IMG/VR virus record: IMGVR_UViG_3300028864_000016
Coordinates: 1 to 64,000 of that record
DNA length: 64,000 nt
Strand: one strand, 5' to 3'
The position numbers and the translations under genes were made by a program. Shown here in pieces: positions 51,952 to 62,720 of this stretch (its first letter is position 1; each line of letters opens with the position of its first letter). The notes beneath the pieces were generated by a model. It searched no databases. It saw nothing but the letters and a program-made list of their open reading frames with translations, and was not told the origin of the DNA.

Positions 51952-53031
51952 ATGGGAAAAGGACAACCGTGGTTGACAGAAGATGAAGAATTTTTAAGAG
52001 AAAATTACATAGAATTATCCAAAGAAGAATTAATGAAGAGATTCAATACAAGAACTTGGAAGGGAATAAAACATAAAGCCAATGATATGGGAATAAAGAA
52101 ACAAAATAATTATGAAGATATTCCATTTGATGAATTATATGAAATAGAAAATGGAATAAAATATAAAAAGTGCAAATGTTGTAGACGATATTTGCCATTT
52201 GAAATGACATATTTTCCAAAGGATAATGCTTGTATTGATGGTTTCAGACATATTTGTAAAGAATGTAAGGGAGAAAATTTTGGATTGTCTAATGCTATTG
52301 ATTGGACGGATAAAGATGTAAAATTATTAAAAGAAATTTATTCTGATATGATTAATGAAGATATTATAAAAGAATATTTTCCAAATAGAAAATTAAAACA
52401 TTTAACTGATAAAGCATGGAAATTAGATTTAAAGAAAACCAAAGATATCTTACAACAAAGTAGATTGATGAGTGATGAAGGTAGAATTAAGGTGTCAAAT
52501 GCTAGAAAATCAGAAGGGTACTTTAATGGCGAAAATAATCCAATGTTTGGGTCTGCTAGGTTTGGAAGTCTAAACCCTAATTATAAGGGTGGTATTAGTA
52601 ATATAGAAAATGAGTTAAGAAGAAATTTAAATCAATGGAAAATAGATAGTATGAAAGATTGTAATTTCAAATGTATTTTCACAGGAGAAAGATTTGACCA
52701 TATTCATCATTTATATAGTTTTGATAGTATAGTTATAGATACTTTACAAGAATTAAATATTCCAATATATGAAAATATAAGTAATTATACAGATGTAGAA
52801 TTAAAACAGATTATAAATAGATGTATAGAAATCCACTATAGATATCCATTAGGAAAATGTATGAAAGAAGAATATCATAAAATATTTCATCAAAATTATG
52901 GATATGGAACAAATACACCTAGTCAATTTGATGAATTTTTAATTAGATTCTTTAATGGAGAATTCGATGAGCAATTAGAAGAAGAATATAGAAGTAATAA
53001 AATATTAGAAAATTTAAAAGTCGCTAATTAA
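51952..53031 (+). CDS. HNH-type putative homing endonuclease with Myb-like repeats, Zn finger and NUMOD3-like motif
   Basis: W..E...L..Y repeats; CKCC..CKEC; GENNPM/NPNYKGG; HIHHL...H..FH..YG. Confidence 0.75.
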   Translation: MGKGQPWLTEDEEFLRENYIELSKEELMKRFNTRTWKGIKHKANDMGIKKQNNYEDIPFDELYEIENGIKYKKCKCCRRYLPFEMTYFPKDNACIDGFRHICKECKGENFGLSNAIDWTDKDVKLLKEIYSDMINEDIIKEYFPNRKLKHLTDKAWKLDLKKTKDILQQSRLMSDEGRIKVSNARKSEGYFNGENNPMFGSARFGSLNPNYKGGISNIENELRRNLNQWKIDSMKDCNFKCIFTGERFDHIHHLYSFDSIVIDTLQELNIPIYENISNYTDVELKQIINRCIEIHYRYPLGKCMKEEYHKIFHQNYGYGTNTPSQFDEFLIRFFNGEFDEQLEEEYRSNKILENLKVAN

Positions 53032-53070
53032 TCTTAGTGGCTTTTTATTGTGTAAAAATAAAAAAAGTAG

Positions 53071-54441
53071 GTGAAAAATATAATGGCAGATTTCAAGACG
53101 AAAGATTTAGAAGAGCAAATGAAGGGAAAGACTAGATGCACTAAATGTGGAAAGATACTTGCTGATGGTAATTTTTATACTTCTAATTCTAAATTGAATA
53201 GACATACAGGAAGATTATCATTATGTAAAGATTGCTTAACTAATTTTTATATATCATTTTTAGAAGAAACAAATGATATTAGAATATCTATATATAAATT
53301 GTGTGAAATAGTTGATTTTGTATATTTAGAAAATATATATGAGAGTTCACTAACTGAAGCAGGATGGAATAAGAATTTTACTGTGGTTGAGAATGGACTT
53401 GAGGTATGGAAAAAATATATAAAAACTATCAACTCTTTAAAAAACTATAAGGGTTATGCTTTTGAACATGGGGATAAAATTTATAATAATTGTGAAAGTA
53501 ATTTACCATCAATAGAAGTTATAGAAGAAAATGATACAAGTCTTAAAAAAATTAAAGAATTATCTGACGATGATATAGAACAAAAAGTTAGAGATAAACA
53601 GAATAAAGAAGACATAATTAGAATAATTGGTTATAATCCATTTGAAAACGAAATAGAAGAAGATAAATCAAAAATGTATGCTAAATTAATTAATATGCTT
53701 AATGAAGATACTCAAGAGGATGAATTAAAACTAGGTGCAATCATTAGTATTATAAAAGGTCAAAATCAAGAAAATAAAATAAATGATGTTATTACAAGTT
53801 TGAGTTCAGATATAAAAAGTATAAAAGATAATATAGGAACTATTAAAAGTTTAACAGATACTAAAGAGAAACTTAACAAAAGTTTACTAGCTTTGGCAAA
53901 AGATAATAAAATAAGTGATTTGTATAGTGGTCACAAAACTGTAGGTGCTAATACTTTGTCAGGTATACTAAAAAAACTAAAAGAAATAGATTTACAAGAA
54001 GCGCAGGTAAATTTATTTGATATTCAAACATCAATGGGAATGTTGCAAGTTGCCAGACTATCTGCTCAAGCTATGGTAGAGAATTTAAACTTTGGAGATG
54101 ATGATTTAATAGATATTGGTAAATTTCAAAGGTCAAAAATTGATTTCTATGAAAGTGAATATAGTAAATTAAGAGAAGAAAATAGAAAATTAAAAGTTCT
54201 TTGCAATTTTAATGATGTAGATTATTCTCAAGAAATTGAAGAAACTGAATACGCAGATGTACTTCAATATACAGAAATAGAAATAAAAAAACAAGAAGAA
54301 GATTTAATGGCTTTTAATAAAATGGTAGAAGAAGTATTGCCAATAGATACTGAGGATTATGCAAGTTTTGTTATTGAAGAAAAGGGAAAAAAAGAAAAGG
54401 AAAAGATACTGGAAAGTGTAAAAAATGGAGAATTAATTTAA
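53071..54441 (+). CDS. Putative terminase small subunit / YonG-like protein with N-terminal Zn finger
   Basis: CTKC..NFY...CKDC; directly upstream of large terminase. Confidence 0.55.
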   Translation: MKNIMADFKTKDLEEQMKGKTRCTKCGKILADGNFYTSNSKLNRHTGRLSLCKDCLTNFYISFLEETNDIRISIYKLCEIVDFVYLENIYESSLTEAGWNKNFTVVENGLEVWKKYIKTINSLKNYKGYAFEHGDKIYNNCESNLPSIEVIEENDTSLKKIKELSDDDIEQKVRDKQNKEDIIRIIGYNPFENEIEEDKSKMYAKLINMLNEDTQEDELKLGAIISIIKGQNQENKINDVITSLSSDIKSIKDNIGTIKSLTDTKEKLNKSLLALAKDNKISDLYSGHKTVGANTLSGILKKLKEIDLQEAQVNLFDIQTSMGMLQVARLSAQAMVENLNFGDDDLIDIGKFQRSKIDFYESEYSKLREENRKLKVLCNFNDVDYSQEIEETEYADVLQYTEIEIKKQEEDLMAFNKMVEEVLPIDTEDYASFVIEEKGKKEKEKILESVKNGELI

Positions 54442-54529
54442 TAAATAAGCTTAGATAATTGAAGGCACAGTAATGTGTCTTTTGTTGCATTTGCAAACTT
54501 TATCTATATAAAAAAGGAGGTGGTCTTAA

Positions 54530-56994
54530 ATGTCCATCACAGTTATAAACAAAAGTAACTTAACTCAAAAGAAATTAGAGGGTTATTTAAAATACAGTCA
54601 AATAATAAACTGGGGACGTCGAACGAAATCCTGTTAAATTTGCGGAGTACGCATTTGGGTTAGAACTAATGGATTATCAAAAATATGTATTTCAAATGTC
54701 TTGGGAAAAACAATTTGCATTATGGTTAATGGGGAGAAATTCTGGAAAGTCTACTTTATCATCTCCATTTATTATGACAAAAATGATGCTATTCCCAAAT
54801 TTTCAAAGTTATATTCTTTCATTAACCGCATCTCAAAGTCAGGATACTTTTTTAAAATTAGAAGCTATTGCAAAACAACAGATTGAGTCATTCTGTGGAT
54901 TAACAGATATATTTTTAGGAGAAGTATCAGCTAGTGCAAATCATGATGGATTTGTACACTCTCCACAGGGATTCCGTTGTAAATTGTATAATAATAGTCA
55001 AGTGACAACCGTATCAGGAGAAGAAGATAATATTAGAGGTAAGAGATTAAGTTTGGTCTCCTATGTAAGTAATTACATAGATAAAAGCTTTAAATTGCTG
55101 GAACACCCTTAGAGACTTATAAACTACAACGTAACTAGAAATGGTATGCGTGAATGTTTGAAAATTATAAGTATTGGGCAATCAGCATCGAAACTCCTTA
55201 AATGGAGGACGTTCAACGACTATAATAAGCTATCCTAAATAGGATAAAGGTATAGTCTACTCCGACTCTTAATTGAGTGTTAAAGTATTAGGAAACTAAC
55301 GGTATATATGCAAATTTAAACCTCTATGATGAAAGTGGATTCATAAGTGAAAATTATATTTCTACTACAAAAGCATTTACAACACAAAATTCAAGTTTCA
55401 AAATTTCCAAAGGGTTTGATGCTTCATTATTTCCAGATAATATACCTAATCAGTTATTGTTTTGTTCTTCTGCTAGTAGTACGGATTCTGCTTTTTATAC
55501 ATTATATAAAGACTGGGCTAAGTTAATGTTTGCAGGAAGTAAAGAACATTTTGTTGCTGATTTGAACTGTGAAGTTGTTATTGGTGCAACAATGAATGGA
55601 AAGAAAATGTCTGTACCATTATTGTCACGTTCAAAAGTTGATGATGATTTAAGATCGAATGCTGAAAAAGGAAATCGAGAATATTTTAACCGTTTTGATA
55701 GTGATGGAGGAAATCAACAGAAAATCAAACGGGCAGTAATTATGAAAAATTCAAAAGTAAGAAAACCTTTGTTAATAAATGAAGGAGATATAAACAGACA
55801 TATCGTACTAGCATATGACCCTAGACTTGTGGGGCTATAAGTAGTAATACTTGTAGATAAAAACTCTGTTAAAAGGGCGAAGTTTAATATAAAGAATAAA
55901 CTGATAAGAAATTCTAAGTCCATATTATGGATAGTGATAACCCCTTGCTAAATTCTATGAAAACATAGATAAAAGCCTAACGACTATCGAAAGGATAGCT
56001 ATTAACTTAATAATAGTGAATAACCAAGTAGAGTACACTTAAATGTGGAAAAGCAGAGTATCTAAATATAGTTATTTAGATAATGATATAGTCTAAACCC
56101 CTTAATAAAATATCGGGAAACCGAGGGTATTAATAATTGGCACATGATTACGATAATTCGGCAGTCTCAGCCGGAGAATATGTCTATGATGAACAGGTAG
56201 GTTGGAAATTAATAATTCAGAATTGTGTTACTTTAGTAGATTTAGGGAAAAAGAAAAAAACTCCTATGAGAACACCAGAACAGATAAAAGAAATAAAACA
56301 AATGTTATTAAATTATAATGGAAAAGGATTTGCAGATTATGAAAATATAGATGGATTAATGATAGATGCTGGTTCTGGTGGAGGTGGAGCACTTATAAGT
56401 GATTATTTTATGGAGGATTGGAAAGATGAACAAGGAATACAACATAGGGGATTAATTGATAAAGAAGTTTGTGCTGAACATGTTAATCAGTATCCCAATG
56501 CTGTTGATAAATTAAAATTAATATCACCTAAAAAGTACAGAACAGAAATGTATGATGATTTTATAGAATTATTAAATTTAGGATTAATTGAATTCACAGA
56601 TACTTATGATATGAAAGGGTATTTAAACTTACCACAAGAAGGAAAAGAAATAGAAGAAATCGACGAAGAAACTGGTGAAAAGAAAAAGGTTAAATCTATT
56701 GATTTCAAGGAATACAACCTTTCTTGGGATGAAGAATTAGCATTAAAGCAAATAGATATTGCAAAAGAAGAGCTAATTGCAACTAGAAGGTTAGGAGATA
56801 ATATAAATTATAAGTATGACTTATCACCTGATAAAAAAAGTAAAATGCATGATGATAGAGCTTATACTTTTGTAATGTTAGCATGGCATTTGAAAAATTT
56901 AAGAAGAGATGGAATAGTTAATAAAAAGGTAGAACAAACAGATTGGTCAACAGCCCCAACATTTGTATCCTCGATAAACTTTGACCGAATATGA
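54530..56994 (+). CDS. terL: Terminase large subunit; exons 54530-55047, 55311-55822, 56140-56994; 4-bp duplication frameshift at 54620-54627
   Basis: Walker A GRNSGKS; splicing restores IRGKRSNLNLYDESG and nuclease AYDPAHDYDNS; IDAGSGGG; HDDRAY; removing both introns and 4 bp gives 1881 nt = 626 aa. Confidence 0.85.
55048..55310 (+). ncRNA. Group I intron 1 in terL (263 nt, no ORF)
   Basis: Exon ends GAGAU, pairs with IGS GUCUC (U-G); P AAATTGCTGGAA, Q AATCAGCA, R TTCAACGACTA, S AGGTATAGTCTA; terminal G; frame restored. Confidence 0.9.
55823..56139 (+). ncRNA. Group I intron 2 in terL (317 nt, no ORF)
   Basis: Exon ends CCCU pairing with GGGG; ACTCTG/CAGAGT stem; R CTAACGACTA, S ATGATATAGTCTA; GAAA-capped P9-like hairpin; terminal G; frame restored. 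Confidence 0.88.
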
Positions 56995-57038
56995 ACAAAT
57001 TAAAAAAATCAAAATAAAGCAAGAAAGGAGGAATCCAC

Positions 57039-58766
57039 TTGACAAAAAAACAATCCACAGAAACTCCCCTCCCACAACCACAAAAAATTGATTTAACAAT
57101 ACCTATATTAGCAGAAGGAGAAGCTAAACAAGTATCTAATATTGGTGGAAATTATATCTTGTCAGATATAGAAACATCTACTAGTAAAGATTATTTTGAT
57201 GCTAATTATATACAACAAGCTACATATGATGCACAAAGATTAAGTCATATATATAGTACTGTATTAGATAAAAATACATCATCTTATGTTACAACTATGG
57301 ATGAATTATCTTCATTAGCACAGAATACTCAAACTAGTATAGATAAAATAAAAAAAATAAATGGGATAGTTAAATATTACATAAATAAAGAAGATTTAAT
57401 TGGTAGAGTAGTTGAGACTATAGAAAATAATATAAATACGAATTATAAAATTGATTATCCATCTCCTAACGGTAAAAAAGGAACTAAACTTAAAAAAGAA
57501 CAAAAGATGGAAGATGAATTAAAAGTAGTAATAGAAAAATTCAATAAGCAAATAAATATACCTAAATTAATAGCTGATAATGCAGTCATTACATATACAG
57601 AAGGTAATTTTATATTCTATTTAATGGGGGATAGTGAGAATGGATATTCTATAGTAAATTATCCTATGGATATTACTGAAATCACACCTATGAAAATAGA
57701 TGATGATAATGTTGTATCTTTTAATGTAACTGAATTATCTGTAAGATTACAAGAAAGTAGAACTAAATACGGTAGATTAAAAACTAATAAACTTATTGAT
57801 ATTGAGAAAACAATAGAAGATGAAGTTAAAAGAAGTTATCCTACTGAAATATATGATGCATATAAAGGAAAAGACCAATACGCCTTATTAAATCCACAGA
57901 AAGTAGGATTGAATAGAATAAATTACTTAAAGGGATTATACGGATTAACACCTATTTTTAAAGCATTGTGTCCTCAATTAATGTTGGAAACAGTTGATAA
58001 AAGTGATCAAAAAGTATTAATACAAAAGACTAAAAAGATTTATTTACAATTAACTGAAAAAGAATTAATGGAAAAACCAAATGCTATTAATATGATAGGT
58101 CATGCACATGTGAGCTTACTTGAAGCCATGTCTAAAGATACTATTATATATACTGCTGATCCACAAGTTCAGGATTTGAAATTAATAGAACCTAAAACAG
58201 AATTAACAGATGAAAAAACTAAATCAGGCTATAAATTGAGAATACTTGAAGCATTGGGTATATCATTTATTAGTTCAGAAGGTTCTAAATCTATAACCAC
58301 TACTAAAATAAATTATGATGAGTTATTAAAAATGGTCAATAGAATGACTAAGAATTTAGAGCCAATACTCAATAAATATTATCAATTAATATGTGAAGAA
58401 AATGGATTTCCTATAGAATACGCACCGACTATTACAATACAATCTACAAAATTATTAGACTTAGATAATATTTTGAAAGTTGCAGATATTATGTTTTCAA
58501 AAATTGGTTTGAGTTATTCTACTGTATTAAATACATTAGGATTAGATTATGAAGTAGAAAAAAAAAATAGAATAAAAGAAAATGATGAAGGTGCAGATAC
58601 AGAAGTATTTATCCCACATGCAAATTCATATACTTCAAATTCCAACGATTTAATAAATGATAGTAAAAACACCGATTCAACTACTAATAAGAACAATAGT
58701 AAAAAAAATGAAAATGTAGATAAGCAAGAATCAGACCAATCACGTAAAGAAGCACTAAAGGTATAA
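57039..58766 (+). CDS. Portal protein (YonE-like)
   Basis: Position after terL, size, EGNFIFY and YGLTPI motifs. Confidence 0.7.
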   Translation: MTKKQSTETPLPQPQKIDLTIPILAEGEAKQVSNIGGNYILSDIETSTSKDYFDANYIQQATYDAQRLSHIYSTVLDKNTSSYVTTMDELSSLAQNTQTSIDKIKKINGIVKYYINKEDLIGRVVETIENNINTNYKIDYPSPNGKKGTKLKKEQKMEDELKVVIEKFNKQINIPKLIADNAVITYTEGNFIFYLMGDSENGYSIVNYPMDITEITPMKIDDDNVVSFNVTELSVRLQESRTKYGRLKTNKLIDIEKTIEDEVKRSYPTEIYDAYKGKDQYALLNPQKVGLNRINYLKGLYGLTPIFKALCPQLMLETVDKSDQKVLIQKTKKIYLQLTEKELMEKPNAINMIGHAHVSLLEAMSKDTIIYTADPQVQDLKLIEPKTELTDEKTKSGYKLRILEALGISFISSEGSKSITTTKINYDELLKMVNRMTKNLEPILNKYYQLICEENGFPIEYAPTITIQSTKLLDLDNILKVADIMFSKIGLSYSTVLNTLGLDYEVEKKNRIKENDEGADTEVFIPHANSYTSNSNDLINDSKNTDSTTNKNNSKKNENVDKQESDQSRKEALKV

Positions 58767-58789
58767 TTTGAAAGGTGGTGATATAGAAA

Positions 58790-60382
58790 ATGAGTAATGA
58801 AAATTTATTTAAAATAAATGGTACTTTAATTTCAGTTGCAGAACAAGAATCTGACCCTTCTAGAAAGGTAGCTAAGTTCTTATTGTGTCCTTTGGATGAA
58901 GCAAATGTGAATGGAAAAGGAATAAAAGAGTCTGATTTGAGTGAAGAAGAAATGAATACATTAATGGGACAACCATTAGTTACAAAAGTAATCTTTGATG
59001 AAAAAACAAAAGAATATAATTTCTCAGGACATTTAATGACAAAGAAATGGAAGTATGATAAAGATGGTAACTTAGTAAAATTTAGTGATTTTACATCTAC
59101 AAGTCCAATTGGATATCATACTTCAGTTTCCATAGAAGACATTGAATTTGGAGATATAACAAAAAGATGTTTGGTTGCAGAAGTTATATTATGGACTCGT
59201 TATTATAGGGCAATGGAGGTCATAGAACGACTAGGAACAGAATTGCATACTAGTTGGGAATTATCTTATAGTGAAACATATAAAGAAGATGGAACAGATT
59301 GGTTAAAAGGAATACTATTTTTAGCTAACTGTGTTTTAGGTTCTAATGTGAATCCTGCATATAAAAATGCTGGATTATTGGAATGTGCTGAAGAAGTATT
59401 AATAGAAGAACAGGAAAATGAGTTCACAGAAGCATTTATAAATGACCTAAATGAAATAAGTCAATCAGAGAGACAAGAAAACATAGAAATAAGCATTCAG
59501 TCTGATGAAAATTCAGTTGAAAATAAATTAAATCAAAACATAGAAGAAAAAGGAGGAATTGTCGATATGGCAGAAAATAAAAACAAAACAGAAGTGTCAT
59601 CTGTAACTTCAAATGACCTATATAGCAAATTAAGAGTTGCTATCAATTCTATAGATTCTAATAGATGGATTTGTATATCAAGAGTATATCCATATGAATT
59701 TAGAGCAATAGGATATGATTGGAATGCTGAATGTGAGGACGATTATATAGAATTCTCTTATACAGTAGATTCAAATGAGGTAGTTTCAATTGTGAGCGAG
59801 ACACCAACAAAAATGGTATTTGTTCCAAAAACACAAAATGATGAAATACTTGCAGAACTACAGTCTCAATTAGACAATGCAAATACGTCTTTATCAGATA
59901 AGGAAACAGAACTTTCAGCCAAAGTTGATGAGATAGTAAAATTAGGAGAATCATTGAACTCGCAAAAAGATATTATTTCAGAAAAAGAAGCTATAATTTC
60001 AGAATTAGAACCATTAAAATTACAAATGGAACAAGCTGAAGCAGAAAAGAAAGAAGCTGAAATTGCAGAACAAAAAGAAAACCTAAAGAAAATGGCTTTA
60101 TCAAGCAAATATTTTACTGAAGAAGAAATTGAAACTTGTGAAGCACTTAAAGAAGCAATAGAAAAACTTGACGATAAACAAATTAAATGCTTAATAGCCG
60201 AAAGAGTTGTTGAACAAGCTTCAAAGATAGAAACACCTATAAAAGAGGTAGAAATAAGCGAATTTGAAAAGAAAACTATTTCTGAGATAGAGATGTCAAC
60301 AGATATTAATACAAACAACTATGAATACAAAGACGCTAGTTCTGCATTATTAAATTATGCCAGAAGAAACATTAAAAGATAA
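58790..60382 (+). CDS. Prohead protease/scaffold fusion (YonD-like)
   Basis: N.NG, GH, TSWE, F...C.LG..V.PAY protease-like N-terminus; coiled-coil C-terminus. Confidence 0.7.
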   Translation: MSNENLFKINGTLISVAEQESDPSRKVAKFLLCPLDEANVNGKGIKESDLSEEEMNTLMGQPLVTKVIFDEKTKEYNFSGHLMTKKWKYDKDGNLVKFSDFTSTSPIGYHTSVSIEDIEFGDITKRCLVAEVILWTRYYRAMEVIERLGTELHTSWELSYSETYKEDGTDWLKGILFLANCVLGSNVNPAYKNAGLLECAEEVLIEEQENEFTEAFINDLNEISQSERQENIEISIQSDENSVENKLNQNIEEKGGIVDMAENKNKTEVSSVTSNDLYSKLRVAINSIDSNRWICISRVYPYEFRAIGYDWNAECEDDYIEFSYTVDSNEVVSIVSETPTKMVFVPKTQNDEILAELQSQLDNANTSLSDKETELSAKVDEIVKLGESLNSQKDIISEKEAIISELEPLKLQMEQAEAEKKEAEIAEQKENLKKMALSSKYFTEEEIETCEALKEAIEKLDDKQIKCLIAERVVEQASKIETPIKEVEISEFEKKTISEIEMSTDINTNNYEYKDASSALLNYARRNIKR

Positions 60383-60401
60383 TTAATAAATATTAATTAT
60401 A

Positions 60402-60933
60402 TAATAAATTAAAATAATAAAAGAAAGAAGGAATATTAATATGTATAGAAGATTACAAGTAAACGCAGGTAAAGTATTTAATGCTCAAAACACAGTAAAG
60501 GTTGATATGAAAAGGGGGACTTTTGTAAACGAGAGTTACGATTCCGCTAACAAAATTACTACATTAATAAAAGCAGTTGCAGATGCAAATGTTTTAGGAA
60601 TTTTAACAAGAGATGTAGTTGTTGATGTTGATGTAGCAATGGGTGTTCCAGTTTCAAATTATGCTACAACTCAAGACCTTATCAAAGCTGGTGAATTTGC
60701 TGGTGTTGAAACAATTCAAAAAGGGGAAAGATATGCTACAGAAATTTTTGCTTCTGCTTTAGTTGATGCCGATGTAGTTGAAGGTTCTCTATTAACTGTA
60801 GTAAATGGAGAATTAGCAAAAGGAACAACTGGTTCTGCTTTTTATAGCCTTGGTTGGGTTTATGACGCAGGACACAAATTATTAGGATTCAGATTAGTTT
60901 AATAAATTAAAATAATAAAAGAAAGAAGGAATA
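60402..60933 (+). repeat. Identical 34 bp direct repeat at 60402-60435 and 60900-60933
   Basis: TAATAAATTAAAATAATAAAAGAAAGAAGGAATA before decoration and capsid genes. Confidence 0.9.
60441..60902 (+). CDS. Putative capsid decoration/cement protein
   Basis: 153 aa G/A/V-rich, between scaffold and capsid genes. Confidence 0.6.
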   Translation: MYRRLQVNAGKVFNAQNTVKVDMKRGTFVNESYDSANKITTLIKAVADANVLGILTRDVVVDVDVAMGVPVSNYATTQDLIKAGEFAGVETIQKGERYATEIFASALVDADVVEGSLLTVVNGELAKGTTGSAFYSLGWVYDAGHKLLGFRLV

Positions 60934-60938
60934 AAAAA

Positions 60939-61976
60939 ATGAACAGAAATATAGAATTAAGCGAACAAGAAATAGAAAGAAAATATAAAAGTGGTGAAGC
61001 ATATCAATGGGCTAAAAATGTATATGCTAAAAATGTATTACATGAAAAAGATATAGTATTATCAGAAGACGAAGAAGCATTTTCTCAAGTAATCAACAAC
61101 ACTGTTAATGATGCTTGGAAATATGGAAACACACAAGCTAGAGAGATGATATCTCAAGTAATTGTAGATATCATTGAACCAGTTGTATTTGGCGTACCAA
61201 ATGAAGTATTAACTCAATTCTTAACAGATAAGGGTTCTTATGGCGAATTTGATATGGTTAGAATCAGAAAATCACCAAAGAACACATTAGTTGCTAGACA
61301 AGTTGCTAACAGAACAGGTAACGTAGACAAATCTTATTTAGATATTGCAGAAGGTAATACAATGGAAACAGTTTTACAAATTGAAACTGAAATCCCAATG
61401 TCTAATTTAAGAAGAGATGGTGCTACCGGAGTTGCTACTTTAGCTATGTATGCTATTGAAGAATTCGATAGACAAAAATTCAAATCAATACTATCTTATG
61501 TTGATAAGTTAATAGTTGGTGGAAGTCAAGTATTTGGTGTTACTGGAACTTGGACGGCAGGTGCTTCTCAAAGTTTAACTGATTATACATATGATAATGC
61601 AGTTTCAGGAAAAGAACCATTAATTGTTGGACTTTCTAACAGAATAAGAGAAATGTGTAGAGCCGTTGGTTCTGATTTTTACTCTGAAACAATGAAAGGA
61701 ACATTAAATGACTTATCAATGTTACAAACATTAGGTGGTTGTAGATTAGTTCCAGTTTTAAAAGGAAAGAAAACAGGAGATGACAAGACACTGTTACCAG
61801 AAGATAGAGTATTCGGTTTCTCTGGAACAATTGGAGAAATGTACACTAAAGGACAAATGATTACTAGAACAACTGAAGAAAACAATGGAGAAAAGATTTC
61901 ATTCAAATTCTCTGGTGTTGAATTTGGTATCTGTGTAACTGATACTCAATATGTTTCTAAAATAACTATTTCTTAG
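60939..61976 (+). CDS. Major capsid protein (YonB-like)
   Basis: 345 aa, high-expression codon bias, position, terminator at 61987-62012. Confidence 0.75.
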   Translation: MNRNIELSEQEIERKYKSGEAYQWAKNVYAKNVLHEKDIVLSEDEEAFSQVINNTVNDAWKYGNTQAREMISQVIVDIIEPVVFGVPNEVLTQFLTDKGSYGEFDMVRIRKSPKNTLVARQVANRTGNVDKSYLDIAEGNTMETVLQIETEIPMSNLRRDGATGVATLAMYAIEEFDRQKFKSILSYVDKLIVGGSQVFGVTGTWTAGASQSLTDYTYDNAVSGKEPLIVGLSNRIREMCRAVGSDFYSETMKGTLNDLSMLQTLGGCRLVPVLKGKKTGDDKTLLPEDRVFGFSGTIGEMYTKGQMITRTTEENNGEKISFKFSGVEFGICVTDTQYVSKITIS

Positions 61977-62055
61977 TTATAACATTAGGGCATGTATTAA
62001 TTTACATGCCCTTCTAAATAAAATAAATAAATTAAAATTCAAGGAGAGATAAAAT

Positions 62056-62676
62056 ATGGAAATGATAAAAGATACTGATTATGTTGAAGTATACCACGAT
62101 TATGATTATAAAACATACATAGCAAGTGAAAACCCATTAGATGCAGGATATGAATTGCCACCTAAGATTGATGGTGAACCTTATTATGTATCTGTATTAT
62201 GGAAAGATATTATGAAAGCTAATATGAAATCAGACAATTTTAAAAATCAAGCTATTAGATTTTCACCAAGTATTGAAGAACAAGTCTATAAACAATTAAG
62301 AATAGACGTTAATAAAGACAAGAACTCTTATTCAAGAGATGAAATAGAAAGAATGATATTACAACCAAACGATACAATTTTAAAGAAAATAACACAAATA
62401 GATAAATTAGCAACAATTGATGCTTTCTTATCTCTATTAGTATATTTGAAAAATACTAATAAATATCTTATTGCTGAAAAAGTAGAACTATATATAAGAG
62501 CAAGAAAAGAAGAAATAGAAGAAGGTATAAGAAAGTCAGAATTAGAAGTTGACGAAACTGAAAATATTGAATTAGCAGTAGTTCCAGAAAGCGAAAATGT
62601 TGAATTAGTAGAAGCGTCTAATGAAGAAGTAAAGGAAGCTAAAATAGCTAAAAAGACTACTACACCTAAAAAATAA
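62056..62676 (+). CDS. Hypothetical morphogenesis protein (YonA-like position)
   Basis: AAGGAG RBS, follows capsid gene. Confidence 0.6.
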   Translation: MEMIKDTDYVEVYHDYDYKTYIASENPLDAGYELPPKIDGEPYYVSVLWKDIMKANMKSDNFKNQAIRFSPSIEEQVYKQLRIDVNKDKNSYSRDEIERMILQPNDTILKKITQIDKLATIDAFLSLLVYLKNTNKYLIAEKVELYIRARKEEIEEGIRKSELEVDETENIELAVVPESENVELVEASNEEVKEAKIAKKTTTPKK

Positions 62677-62720
62677 TAAGGGAGATATATAAATCTTCCT
62701 TTAATAAATTATAGAAAGGA

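Noticed and set aside
54669-56994. Three separate genes (54669-55112, 55457-55840, 56137-56994) and ORF 54701-54886
   Set aside because: The first three are pieces of one intron-split terminase; 54701-54886 is an off-frame overlap
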